DNA from: Geosiphon pyriformis uo1
Lineage: Eukaryota > Fungi > Glomeromycota
Assembly (NCBI GenBank): GCA_016748015.1
Contig: JAAOMT010000128.1
Coordinates: forward strand, 441,538 to 505,537
DNA: 64,000 nucleotides
Direction of reading: 5' to 3'
Positions 50,431 to 64,000 of the stretch are shown here, piece by piece (position 1 is the first letter of the stretch; every line of letters starts with the position of its first letter). Under the pieces are notes generated by a model. That model was not told the origin of the DNA. It was given only the letters and a program-made list of their open reading frames with translations, and searched no databases. The position numbers and the translations under genes were made by a program.

Positions 50431-53400
50431 ATGGTTGACTACAACACAATCGTTCTTTATGACGACTTGTGCACGGATCTACTCGTAGACAAGGTCGAAT
50501 TGTGGTATGAAAATTTAAAGATGACATGCTTTTTCATTTTTGATAAATTTCCCTCACGCTCATATGCAAAATTGGAAGTTTTATGCTTTGTATTTACTCC
50601 AAATCTCTTTAGGTTTCGAACCCACAAAATGGACAGTCGATATCTGCCTTTGGATCCTGAAGATGTTACAACAAAGGCCGCGATGGTTAATGTCGCACAA
50701 ACTTTGAGATTCTTGATAGCGAATCCAGAAAAGGCAGACATAGCTGTTCAGATGCTCACCAAGTATGAAGATTTATGCGATAGTCTCTTGATTATATGTC
50801 ATCTGCATAAAATAAAAAAAACACTGTCTTTCTCAGGGCGCATGTGTTTCAAGAACGACTTCCTTCACTTGATCTTGCTGCCAAACGCCCAACAAAACAG
50901 GCGAAGGCTTTTTTAGAGTGAGTATTCTTGAAAACTTTGATACATATCAAAAGTCAATATTTACTCTTTAGATTTTATTTTAACTTGCATCTTTAGTCAT
51001 AATTAGGCAAATTCACATATGATAATAGCATATATATATTTTCGTATATCCAATTAATGAGTTTAATTTTATACTTTAGGCATCTTAAAAGATACCTAAA
51101 TATGTATCGGCCTGATGCCGGGATTGAACTCGGCGAGACTTTACGCTACTCTAATTCAAACAAAGCCGAGGCTTGCATAATTGCAACCAAACACTGGACA
51201 AAGGGAGAAATCATTCGCTATTGCAATGGAATCCTTGTGGAATTAACACCAGAAGAAGAATCAAAGCTGGATGATGAGAAAGACTTCTCGATAATTGCCT
51301 CCGAGCGCAAGAAAAGAAATTGTGTTTACGTAGGTCCTGGGCGCTTTGTCAACGTAAACCTAATCTCCAAATTTTGCTAGTTTTCTAACGAATAAAAATT
51401 CAGATATTAATTTACTTATATTTTTGTTATTTTTAAGCATGACTGCGATGCTAATACTGCTGTAAGATTATTTGTACTTTTGAAGAATATTTTGTTAAAC
51501 TTTTGGATAACTTTATAATTTTGATTATTTTTAGTTTTGGATTCAAGGATCACAACATATTGTGTCATTCCAAGTACGGCGAGACATTGCTATCGGCCAA
51601 GAAGTTACGTGTTCCTATGGAACAGACTACTTTGGGGATGGTAATTGTGAGTGTCTTTGCGTCACATGTGAACGGTAAATGTATATTTTTTTACCTCAAG
51701 ACGCGCAATCGATTTTTTTTGCTCAATTATCAAATTTCAAAACTCGAAACATTTTGCATCTTTTACCAGCTTAAAAAAGGGAGTCTTTGCCAATAGGAAT
51801 GTTACAGGTCAGGATGCACCAAACTCCAGCTCATCTGAGGTGAATGCACAAAGTAATAATGAAGAAGAGGTGACGTCCAGTCCTGAAATTGGAGTACGGA
51901 CCAGAGGATATCATCGTGGTCAGTTGTATTTCACGCTAACAAATTGCTGTTAAATATCTATTTCTCGGAATACTGAATTCCCAATTTTTTTGTACATTTT
52001 TAGTTCGATCATCAAGAGTTGCGCAAAAGTCAAAACAACCGAACCAATTTCATCCAACGGTACCAGCGCAGCAGCCTTCACGAGGGAACTTTCCGACTTC
52101 ACCAAAGTTAATGCAGCGCTTGGGTCCAATTCCACCACCCAAATTAGTAATGCTAAAAGCATCAGATCAGGAAGCTCTGAACACTTCCTCAAACAAAGTT
52201 TTAATTTCACAGATTGATCAACAATCTCTAGCTCAAATTTCACAAACATCCCAAAATGTTTCAAAAATGTTTCAAGCTCACCATCAAAAACAAGTTTCTC
52301 AAGACCATTCCCAAGATAATAGTAAACTTCGACCACCTTTAAAAGGGTTCAGCAAACCTGACACGCCACAAGGTCCGATCGCTTCTTCGAGCAAAGTTCC
52401 ATTTTCGCACATTGATCGACATTGGCCTCGAATTTCGCGATCTTTCCAAAGCGCTACAAATAATTATCAAGGAGCTCTTCACCAAAACCGATTCGTCCAA
52501 GAACGTCATCAAGATAACGGCGTATTTAAACCATCTGAATTAGTAAGTTTAAAGACATCGGAACAGCACACTCCGAACATTTCCTCGAGCAAAGTTCCAA
52601 TTTCGCAATCTTATGAAGCATGCCAAAAAGAAGGTGTTCAAGAGCGTGAAGAAAATAATGGCGCTATTAAACCCCCCAACCTTATAATAAAGACTTATAA
52701 ACAACCTGAAGGGCAACAGGCTCCGGTTTCACAAATTGATAAACAACGTGCTCACAATTCCCACTCTTCTCAAATCGATTCAAATATCTCTCATCAAAAA
52801 AAAATTGGTCAAACACATCAACAAAATCACGCTTTGCTTCCGAAAACCTCTCGGTCGATATCTACTCAATCTAATCTAGATCTGGAGAGCCAAATTCCCC
52901 ATTCAATTCTTCCTAATCAAATATCTGCAATAGAGGGACAATCAAATCAATACATGACCCCAAACGAGTACAAACCGAACATTAATACTAGTCGAACACA
53001 TCAATTTATACATTTAGCTAATAATCCCCACTGGGAGCATATTCTTTCGAACGGTAACATAAATGCTAATCAGGCACATCAATTTGCACATTCACATCAG
53101 TCCATGAATTGCGAAAATATACAGAGGAATTTTCAAATGGCTCCCGGAGTGGGTTTTCCATGGGTTGTAAGTCAAACAGTTCGGCCGGGTGAAACTGTTA
53201 CGACTGGATTTTCTATCACGGCTGGTTTTTGTGTCTCAATGACTGCCGGAAAAGGTCCCACACCGATAATCCCTCAGTACCTCATGCAACACGCAACCGC
53301 ATTGCCGAATGCCGGTGCTGTCTCTAGTCCCAGAATGGCGATCAATTATCTTTGCAACGACAACATGGTGATTGACGATTCGACGGCCGCACCACAGGAA

Positions 53401-54600
53401 CCGCAGGAGCCGCAAGTTTGTCGTAATCGTGGCTGTGAAGGAGAAGCTGGACCCAATGATCGTTTATGCCGAAGATGCCGACGACACCAAAAGATATATC
53501 ACTTGAGGTGGCCGATGCGAGTAGCAGAAAATACCCAAGTAACAAACGAGCAGCTTATTCCTCGAAGGGTAATATATATAATTATTGTTTTCTTTTTAAT
53601 GATTCCATTTAAAAAATTTTACAAACCTCCTTAATCTGATTTTCTAATTAAGTTGCCTACCCGACTGCATCCTACGGCCTCTACGCGACAAGTGAGACCA
53701 AGTAAAATGATCAAGAAGGAATTACCACGGGTGATAGTAATGGAAATGGGGGAAAAGCCCACTCGTGATTGGCCTCCTCACGATATCGGGGAAGTTGCGT
53801 TGACTACCAAATCATATACAACGTCAAAAGACTGGGCAGGTCGTAAGGGAATTGAAGGTTAGCCATTGACGATATAGAGCAAAAAAAAACCAAAAATTTC
53901 AGTTTAATAGATTTAGGTCTCTAAATTAAATGAATCGTTGCCCTTTTTTAGTGCACGAATACGATGTCCAGAATAAAAGCCTGAAGTTCCGGTGGGACCA
54001 CCAAACAGGTCACGTACACATCACCCCCATGTGGAAGTCAACGGGGAGACGACCACGTGCGTTGGGTGATGTAATTGGAAGGGATCCTAGGTGGAGCCAA
54101 GCTGCCAAGAAAATTATCGGAGGCTGTCCAGAACTTCAAGGCATCTGGTAGGCAAGATTTTTTACATTGTGATTTTATCTAATCATCTTGAACATTTTAC
54201 TTATAATATTCATTATACTTTCGCATTTCATCCCTATTCTGATTTGACGAAATTACTCAGGCTCCCTTACGACGCCGCTCTTTCTTTCTGCAAGGAGTTT
54301 GAGGTGGAAAAGAAGTCGGTGGAGGTGATTTTCGGGCGTAGTTGGTGGGGAGGGGAGGAACAGATGAATGTAGATGTTGTGGAGAGTTCATCGGTGGGGA
54401 AAAAGAGAAGAGGGGGGGAAGAGCCTGAAGAGAACGAGAAGGGCACTAGAATCAAGCACCGGAAGGTGGACTCGGACAAGGCACTACGTTTTGTAAGAAA
54501 TGCAACAGTTTTGGGGGCTCGTCGCGTTCCTAACGAGATGGAGTTGGGTTTTCTTATTGATCGAATTGGGAGACTTACGTCTTCCAATGTAGGCCATTAA
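50431..54600 (+). CDS. set9: Set9/KMT5-type histone H4K20 methyltransferase with a C-terminal APSES/KilA-N domain, ~1065 aa, 11 coding exons: 50431-50504, 50613-50762, 50837-50917, 51080-51353, 51438-51461, 51535-51674, 51770-51918, 52004-53568, 53653-53857, 53952-54147, 54261-54600
   Basis: Hand-spliced GT-AG introns keep one frame. Motifs: [69 protein letters not shown], then [16 protein letters not shown]...KKIIGG...QGIWLPYDAA. Probable 5'UTR intron at 50290-50425. Confidence 0.88.
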
Positions 54601-55587
54601 AGGATCCAGTAACAATGTTGGTGTCATTCGCTTGGGCAACGAATGGCATCTACTCGTCATGCTGAACTGGGGTTGCCTCAACGTGAGGCAGACGGGAGAG
54701 TAAGAGAGCGCAGGAGAAGCAGATTGAGCTAAGGTGGTCTTGCTTCACTTAAATTAGGTCAAATTTTCAAAACAAGCCAACACACTCGAAAATCGAAAAC
54801 TCGGGACCAACAAACCAACTGCTTAATAGCAATTAAACTCAATCATAACCTTGGCAATTCTCTCTTACTTTCAAGTTTGGTCAGTGACATTGTATATAAA
54901 TTGCCCATTCAATGACAATAATATGTAGATAAACATGATAGTGTTTGAAAAGGTGTTGGACATTTGATGACTTTTAGAAAGAGTTGCAAATAAAATAGAA
55001 TTTGGACATTTCCTAAGTAAAAACTTTAGGAAATTTGGTAATCTTCAACGACATCCAGATAATAATAGTTAGCTTCTTTAACCCCCTTTTTCATCACTTT
55101 CGAAACTTGTATATATGGCATCCAAAGAACATTTTGTACATAGAAAACCCTCATTAGGGACATAGAAGAGGTGAATTAAAGATTACATTAATTTTTGGAA
55201 AATTCCCAACAATCCATTTTCTCTTTTAATTTCCCCTCAATTCTTTTTGTCGTCAAGATACTCAAAGTAATCCTTAATGTAATTCAAAAATAATTGGTAA
55301 TCAATTAATAATTACCTTTTCGTCGCCGGTTTCACCAAAAACAGAATATTTGTATAGTTTTTGTATAATATAATGAGCAATCAATTGAGTTCCCTTTTAG
55401 TGGGTTTATTATTCCTCGATTGAAGCCATTCTCTAATAATTTGATATGAATATGAAATGCGATGCTCACCTATTTGAAAGCTAGCGCAGTTGAATTGTAA
55501 ATCTTTATGTTGGCAAGATTTCATTTAAATTATGGATGATGATGCAGAGTGGCCTCCGAAGAAAAAGTTTTAATCTTTGTAATTAAC

Positions 55588-58008
55588 ATGAATAACGACG
55601 ATTATATGCGCCGTCTTATTATCCTATCCTTTTGGGTGGTGGTTTTGGTCGGTCTTCCTTTCTGGTGGAAAACCACCGAAATTTACCGAGCCCAATTACC
55701 TTTCTCTGAAATCGAAGAATGGGAGGTCTGTAACTTATATACTTGAGCATTTGTGATTTTAATCATTCCAGAACAACCTTTCAGAAGTTTTTCAACATGG
55801 CCTAGGTGTTTGAGCTTGAGTTTCCACTGCTTTTCTCGCTTCACTTAGCCTTTGATCAGGCTCATAAGCCCTTTCATGAAGAGCTAGGTGCCCGGTTAAA
55901 GGAATCTCTAAACCAGGCTTGGAAAGATTTTAATCAAAATATTGGAAAATTTGACGATTTGTCTACGTTATCATCAATGCCCAATAAGACTGTTGTGTTT
56001 AAAGCTGAGGTCATGAGCATTCCTTGGGAGGGCTGGGAAAGTTTGAATCAAAGCGCGAGTGGTAAACTAATGGTATGGGTGTTTGGTGGTGAAGAATTTA
56101 TGAGGATTTACATCTATCTTGATAGAGTTTTCTTCAAAACCAAGGCTTTCCTGCATTATCGCACTCGGATTTGAATTTAATCAAAAATGGACGTTATGAT
56201 TTTTATATCATGCCAAGCGGAGAAATAACTAAATTGAAAGTAGGTAATAAGCGACAAGCTATTTTGCAGGTTGGAACGAAGGATTGGGATGTAGGTGAGT
56301 ATTGGAAGGTCTTGTTACGAAATCATTTAGTTTTTATTAACTTTAGATTTCTGCTCAAATAGGCACAATTGAAAAAATTTTGGTTCGTCTTATAACTAGT
56401 TTTTTTGCTGAAGAACAAGAAACGATCCTACAAGTTTTTCATGAACAAGCTCCTCAGGTGATTGATTTTCTTATAGGCTCTATTTCAGGATTTCCAAACT
56501 TGCTCAAATTAATACAAAGAATTTTATTCTAGGTTAATCCTTCCAGTATGAGGACTTTAAAGTATTCGCCGCTCTATCAAATAACTTTTAGCTTGATGAA
56601 TGGTGACCCATCAACTCAATTAGTAGACTGGGAAATTGAAGAGGCTGTTTCCAGCTACCTCAAACCTTTTCTTGACGAGACGTCCGTTATTTCCGACTTC
56701 ACTATTGACTCTCAAATTCAGCACTATGCTGCTCTCACATTTGACCCACAGCATTATCAGATTCAACCCGATAATGACGATTCTCTTTTTAAACCCTACT
56801 TTTATTTGACCCCACAATCTTTACCTCATTTCATTAACTCGGCTGAATGGAATTTAGGTGATATTCATCTTTGATTTTTTTCTCTTTTGCCATATATCTC
56901 CTTAAGCTAAATTTACATTTTCTCGGGTAGCATCGGCTGTATCATCGTATCCGACCTTGAATTTTATTCTTTATGTTCCTTCTAAAAAAAATAGTCCTCT
57001 TGTTATTCACGATGCCAAAGGTGCTTTTAATAATATCTTTCTATTCTTTGCTCGTTTGCTTTCGTAGCTTAGATAGTTTATCTTTCAATATTTTAGGTCT
57101 TCCTACCCTTAGCAATGCTTTTTTAATACCTCGATGGGGTGGAATCGTAATCAGCAATCCCGAAATCTTGAATGGAACCTACACTTTCAATTTCGTGAGG
57201 CTGAAATTCATAATGGAAATATTTGTCTCGCAATTGAGAGGATTGTTAGGGGTTCGAGAGTTTAAAAGTACCTTATCGCTTGATGAGCTTAAGGTTTGGT
57301 GAAATTCTGAAATATCATATTTCAACATTACTCTTTCCTCTCCTATTAAAACTGTATTGGTATTCCCTATCATAGGAATTATCAATTGAAATAGATTACA
57401 TTTCCCCCCTTAATATGGCCATCACCTCCTGGGAACTTGATAACTTAATCCGCCGTCGTATAGCAGAAAATATCTTAGCAACCGCTTCGACGCTAAAATC
57501 ACTTTCTCAACTAGTCAGCGCCATCCCTAATATGGTCGTACTTGATCATATTCAAACAGAGGTTTCAATCATTTATATTCAAGCACTGATTTTACATCTT
57601 GATTATTCTTAAAGCTAATTTTCATTATTCAACCTTAGGTTCTCGATGCACTAGCAAGTTTGAAAAAGGTAAACTCTAATTTAATATTTCTGTTTGTACA
57701 TTAGATTTTTTCGAATAATATATATCTTGGTTTAATTTTTAATTTAAAAGTCCTGTGAAAGTTTACGAATGATGCAATACGATCTTGCCTTGGAATACGC
57801 AAAGCAGGCTATTGCTAGGGCAGAGTCAGCATTCTTTGATCCAACTATGGTATCGATGTTGTACTTTCCTGATGAACACAAATACGCCATTTATATGCCG
57901 TTATTTGTTCCAATATCGGTTCCCTTATTGGTTACTCTATTGCGAGAATTACGAGAATTTAAGGCGAAGCGCCAAACGAGCAAAGAAATTGGAAAAAAGG
58001 AAGTTTAA
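55588..58008 (+). CDS. GPI17: GPI transamidase subunit PIG-S/Gpi17, multi-exon; internal exon boundaries not all resolved
   Basis: N-terminal TM followed by [14 protein letters not shown]; YQITFSL; [12 protein letters not shown]; [11 protein letters not shown]; QLRGLLG; WELDNL; [28 protein letters not shown] and a C-terminal TM. Confidence 0.93.
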
Positions 58009-58703
58009 GAAGTTCCACATTTAAGCTACTAAAGGTGAAAATTTTATGGATTAATTAATTTCATCTTGAGGATTTTAGCGCGCTGCTGCAAAGTTGCTAA
58101 TTTAATTTTTGTTTTTACATCACACCATTTGAATGAATAACAAAGCCTGCATTAAATTAGGACTTCGAGATGTTGTACTTTTCTGGAATTCTTATAATTT
58201 GCATCGGGTTAAGAATATTCATAGAATAAAATAAAACCTGTTGCAATTATTGGTATAGTTGAGGTTAAAAATCAATGATTAAGTACATCTTTTGTCATAT
58301 AATTTTTTTTAGCAACTGGCAAAGCATAATTTGGTTACTTTAGTTATTCAAATAAAGACTGTTGTGAAAATGAATAAAAAAATTAGTAGTTTACCAGATA
58401 ATTTAAACTATTAAAAAATTATAAAAACATAAGATGATACAAAAAGAACAATCAAATAATTTTAATTATTAAAAAAAAGTTTGGTTCTTAAATAAAAGAA
58501 CAAGTTTCAAAAAATCAGAATATTTACATTAGAAAAGAATAATGGCAATTTGGAAACAAAAGTTATTTTTATAATAAATAATAGTTTGATTATACATTTT
58601 TATAAAATTAAAAAAATCATAAAAATATATAAAAGCTAAATTTTTGTTTAAAAACAAGATGATTAAAATATATATAATGCTTTTTACATGTGATGTGATG
58701 CAT

Positions 58704-61700
58704 TGTTACTCATAGAAATATAGGAAATATATTAGCATGATTATTAGCCAATCAGAAGTAGGCGTAGTAAATGTGGAATTCCAGGATTCCTTTCAAAGAA
58801 ATTGCAGGATTCCAGGAATTTCAGGATTCCTGTCGTAAAGAATCAAGGGATTGAGAAATCTTAATTATGTATATATAGCAGCAGGATTAGAAGCTGAAAA
58901 GACAGATCTCTTGGTTTTAGATTTAATCTAAGCAACTCTCCAAATTACAATCATCTAATAAATAACTATTTGTTATTTCAAACCCATTTTCACTATCAAC
59001 ACTTCATGTTGATAGTAATTAATACTTAACCATACTGGAACAATAGCTCTTGATCATGGCTATTAATGGAATACTAACTTGCAAATTGTTTTGGCTTATT
59101 TCTTTTCTTTCTTTATTTTATTTTATTTTCTTTATTTTTTTGCTTTGATTTTATTGTTGTTTACTGACTCTATTGAAGATTAACGTATGGGGCACTAACA
59201 TTAGGATAAACGTGACTGGTAAAAAACCCAGAAATAAGGGTAGAACACTCGATTGAGGATAGCTTACCAGGAGGAATACTAGCCATCAAGCTAAGAAAGA
59301 AATTAATGAAACTGCAGTTTTGAGAAGCTACAGAAAAAACTATCACCATTGAATCTCTGTCTATTATACAAAAAACTCAACCAAACTCTTCAGATACAAA
59401 ACCTTCAGATACCAAATCTTCAGATCATCGACAATGAGAATAGCTTTGAGCACCAAGTTATGAGTTTATATTTAATTCAACACCAGAAATTGTCATCTGT
59501 AACATTTGGTGCTCTCTGTGAGGTATAATCTTACAAAAAACCAGTACCAACAAACACCATCCAAAAGTGGCAGAATCAGAAAACATAGGAGCAAACCATT
59601 TAGAATTCATAAATCCCTATTTCAACACTATTATCAACACTTGAGATTAAACCACAATTATATATCCGCCAAATCAGCCTTTAATTTCTATGTCAACGAA
59701 AAGATTTCCTTTTTGTTAGGAACACCAGTGAATACTGAATCAGCCAGAGAAACTTTCTACAGAGAATTAATTCAAAATACCAATCTGCCAACAAATCACA
59801 ATTTTGCCTCCATCATTACTGAGATCAACAAAGAAATTGAACATCACATTCAACAAAGATATCCAATTACTTACGCCAGTAAAGACAAAGAAAAACTACA
59901 AACACTAATGGTAACACCCAAAAAGATACAACCACCCACTTGGAAGAAAACAAGAGTTGAATCACCAATTGTTCCATCCTATCACTACACACTGGAAAGT
60001 GCCATCAATATAACATTAGCAAGCGCGTCCACATTAAACGCAATATCAACATTCAGACAATTTCCATTCCAAAGTAAACAAAGAAAAACAGATCTACTAG
60101 GACCATATAGCGAATATTTTGAAGGATTTAAGTTACAATCACCAACATCATTAGGAATTTGATCACTGCCGCCTTAACCAGACTTTCGAACCACTACCTC
60201 ATGGGAACTATCTGAAAAAAAAGAGGAAAAAGAATCGGAAGATTAAGAATTTACTTACCAAAACCCAATCCTTGAAAACCTGGAATTTGGAACCCCGAAC
60301 ATTCAAACTCAGCGAGAAAATCCAGAAATCAAAACTCCAAATATTCAAGCACTGCAAAATCAAAACCCCAAAGTAATTAATCAACACTTACCTCCAATTA
60401 TTGTCATCGATCAACCACCAGTTGAACCAATTGGTCAGCCCATCCAAATACCAAACCAACAAACTCAACAACCATCTCTAGTACTACCTCAACAACAACA
60501 ACAACTTCCACTACAGCAACAACAACAAATGGCATACACACCAATCACGAAGCTTGACAAATTTACCAGTAAAAAGAATGACGCACAAGTTTGGCTAAAC
60601 AATATAGAAAAAGCCATCACAGCCAATAGATGGAATGACGCCAGAGCCATGCAAGCCATACCTTATTTTCTCAAGAATACAGCAGATTCATGGTATCAAA
60701 GCCTGGTTGACAAACCCCAAGATTTCAATGCCTTCAAATTAGAATTTTTGAGATACTTTAGCAATAACAACAGCATCAACAGATTAGCCAATACTTTCAC
60801 TACAATTAAACAAGAAGAAACTGAAGCAGTTACCACATATTTGGGATGCTTCCATAGAAATCTGTGACAAATCCAAGCAATTAATGCTAATTATTTCACA
60901 GCGCCACAAATTCTTAATCAATTCATCTGTGGCCTGCACAGTAACATTCTGCAACACATACACCCATTGCATCCAGCCACTCTCCAGGACACAGTCACAC
61001 ATGCCAGAGATTTCGAATCTGCCAAATTAAAAACCAATCATGCCTATGCTGTAAACCTAGTAATGAATGGATTATCTGAATTGGATTCTAAATTAAAACA
61101 ATTCAGTAATTCAATTAATCAGAAGTTAGAGGGATACTTAGCTGACATTCGTGCAATTTATCAACTACCACAACAATGCAATAATCCAGGAAATGCAAAT
61201 CATTTCCAAAATCAGTCATGTCTATCATCATTATTAGCAGCACCTAATCAGCTGTGGCAGCCAGAAACGCATGTTTGCCACAACTGTGGTAAATAAGGAC
61301 ACATAAAAACAGACTGCAGATTTTATAGCAACAATTCATGATTGGAAAATCAATATCGAAACCTCGATCACAGATTTCAAACTCCAAATCATTACCCAAA
61401 TCAAGATCAAACTACTTACCTGCCAACGACGCAGCCACCAATTTATCAACCACCAGTATATTAATCTCAAATTTATCAACTGCAGTCACCAATAATCTAT
61501 CAGCTGCAACCCCAAATAATTTATCAACCCCAATCAATTCAGACACTGCCCCAAAATTCAGTTCATATAACATTAGGCCACCTCAGACCTAGACTCACAC
61601 AAAACTGGAGATCGGCAATAGTTGTCCACCAACTGATCCCCAGTTTTTCCAACTCACCATTAGAATCGCATTCATAGAATTTGGGTACTGGTGTTATGGT

Positions 61701-64000
61701 TTAAGAATTTAGCAAAAGAATCATAAAAATAATATAAACTATTCAATCATAATATAGCGCAGTAATAATCTTAGAAAGATAATGATTAACATAGTAGCAA
61801 ACACCATCTTGTGATAGTGGCAAGCACCAGTTCACAATAGCAGCCAACACCAACTGGTGATAGCAGCAAACACCAGGTTGAAATATTAAAAAGAAAGTAT
61901 TACAATGTGTTTTCTCATAGAACTACAAACATGTATATATACAGTAGCTTTAATATTGGGAAAAAAACAAGCAAGTAATAAAAATCATAACTTATCAAGC
62001 AATAGATCCAATTTTATCCAACAAACTCCACTTTAAATCATACTTTCAAATTAAATATCCCAAGAAACCTTTAAATCAAAAAGAAATGAAAAAAAATATT
62101 TAAAACTGAATTATCACAACCCAAAGTATTAAAAAACTTACTTGTATTATTTATTAAATGAAACTATTATTCATCAACTGAATCTCTTGGAAGAATAATT
62201 CTTGATCAAGATTATTTATGTTATTACTAATTGATAAAAGCTTTATTGTAAGAATTAAAAAAAGCACTAAAGGCCATTAACATTCTGTGTTTCTAGATTA
62301 GAGAAACACATTAGGCAATTGCAAGAATAGCCTCAGAGAAGACCCCAAACAGTGAGTAGATTTCAGTTCAGCCTCTAAAAAGAAGTACATAAATACACAC
62401 AACAATCAGAAATTGAAGAATAATTTACATTGCAACATTAAAAAAAAAGCCTTCAGTATAACAGTAACATTATCACACAAATAGAATTGAGGAACTCACG
62501 AAAGACTGATTGCAATTAAAACGGGATATCAGCAATTAAATATAACAAGAAAACTATCCCGTAACATTTGGTGAACCCTACAAGAAAAAAAAATCAAAAA
62601 GGAAATAATAATTAGCAATAATTCATTGCTAAAAAAGAAGAGACAAAAGTGGCAACAAAAACCCCTAATCTTACTGTTCTTGAATTCTGCCGTGCTATTT
62701 ACACACAAAATCAAAGTAATCTTGAATTACCAGAAGGGTGTTGTTCAGCAGAATCTATCCACTGTCTGGGGTCTTCTCTGAGGCTATTCTTGCAATTGCC
62801 TGATGTGTTTCTCTAATCTAGAAACACAGAATGTTAATGGCCTTTAGTGCTTTTTCTAATTCTTACAATAAAGCTTTTATCAATTAGTAATAACATAAAT
62901 AATCTTGATCAAGAATTATTCTTCCAAGAGATTCAGTTGATGAATAATAGTTTCATTCAATAAATAATACAAGTAAGTTTTTTAATACTTTGGGTTGTGA
63001 TAATTCAGTTTTAAATATTTTTTTTCATTTCTTTTTGATTTAAAGGTTTCTTGGGATATTTAATTTGAAAGTATGATTTAAAGTGGAGTTTGTTGGATAA
63101 AATTGGATCTATTGCTTGATAAGTTATGATTTTTATTACTTGCTTGTTTTTTTCTCAATATTAAAGCTACTGTATATATACATGTTTGTAGTTCTACAAG
63201 AAAACACATTGTAATACTTTCTTTTTGATATTTCAACCTGGTGTTTGTTGCTATCATCAGTTGGTGTTGGCTGCTATTATGAACTGGTGCTTGCAACTAT
63301 TGCAAGATGGTGTTTGCTACTATATTAATTATTACCTTTCTAAGATTATTACTGCACTATATTATGATTGAATAGTTTATATTATTTTTATGATTCTTTT
63401 GCTAAATTCTTAAACCATAACACCGGTACCACCCAAAACCCGAATTTCCAAAACTATTTAAGTCTCCTGGTTATTCTAGAAAATGCCACACTCAACAACC
63501 AGGAACTCGAACAACCACCTACCAGCAATATTCCACCTGCCATGATTACAGAAAATGAATCTCTGGATGCCATTTTTCTATTTGAACTCAAGAAACTGTC
63601 AACCATGCCATTATTCAGTGGAGCCGTACTGGAAGAAAAGCTAATTACCGCCATGTACACTGATGCAAAAATTGATGGCCATCCCATCAAACTAATTCTT
63701 GACAGTGGTTCAGCAGGCAGTATCATTGCACGACAACTCATGGATCAATTAGGTCACCAAGTTGATTGAGCTGCCAGTGCCAGAATTATCACAGCTGATG
63801 GAGCAACCAAGACTCCAATTGGTGAAATCGATGACTTACCAATTGAAATTAATGGCATCATAGTACCAATCAAAGTACTTGTCATAGAAGCCACCCAATA
63901 CCAAGCTCTAGTTGGTAATGACTGGCTGTCCAAGATGAACACCACTCTAGACTGGAACACACAAGAGCTTCAACTCAGCCAGAACGGACAACACACACAG
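58704..64000 (+). mobile_element. Ty3/Gypsy element F (family 2): 5' LTR 58704-59504, PBS 59507-59523, gag from GTG 59567, protease; interrupted by G; runs off the window
   Basis: gag and protease colinear with B and C; LILDSGSAGS near 63695. Confidence 0.93.
61692..63422. mobile_element. Element G: fold-back LTR derivative (family 4), made of a full LTR 61692-62566, a tRNA-Trp-like PBS, a gag start, then an inverted ~670-bp LTR copy
   Basis: 61692-62363 is the reverse complement of 62752-63422. TG...CA termini, TSD CTGG/CCGG, PBS TGGTGAACCC at 62569. Confidence 0.9.

Noticed and set aside
52111-53634. 507-aa stand-alone ORF
   Set aside because: It is exon 8 of the set9 gene; its hydrophobic tail is intron read-through.

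Overview
This is eukaryotic (fungal) DNA. The intron style, the two host genes and the TE families suggest an early-diverging fungus such as Glomeromycotina, which is my inference and not a database result. About 80% of the window is a nest of decayed Ty3/Gypsy LTR retrotransposons from at least four families (elements A-G plus a solo LTR, with 4-bp TSDs), together with a pogo/Tigger transposase remnant and a decayed LINE. All TEs are heavily C>T/G>A mutated and almost CpG-free. A CpG-retaining island at about 50-58 kb holds two intact intron-rich genes: a Set9-type H4K20 methyltransferase that splices in frame to a C-terminal APSES/KilA-N DNA-binding domain, and PIG-S/GPI17. Most notable: (1) three Gypsy families end pol after RNase H and encode integrase, then an unknown ORF3, as separate ATG-initiated cistrons; (2) the Set9-APSES fusion; (3) a TSD-flanked fold-back element with two U3 ends; (4) LTR boxes complementary to the anticodon arm of the presumed elongator tRNA-Met primer.
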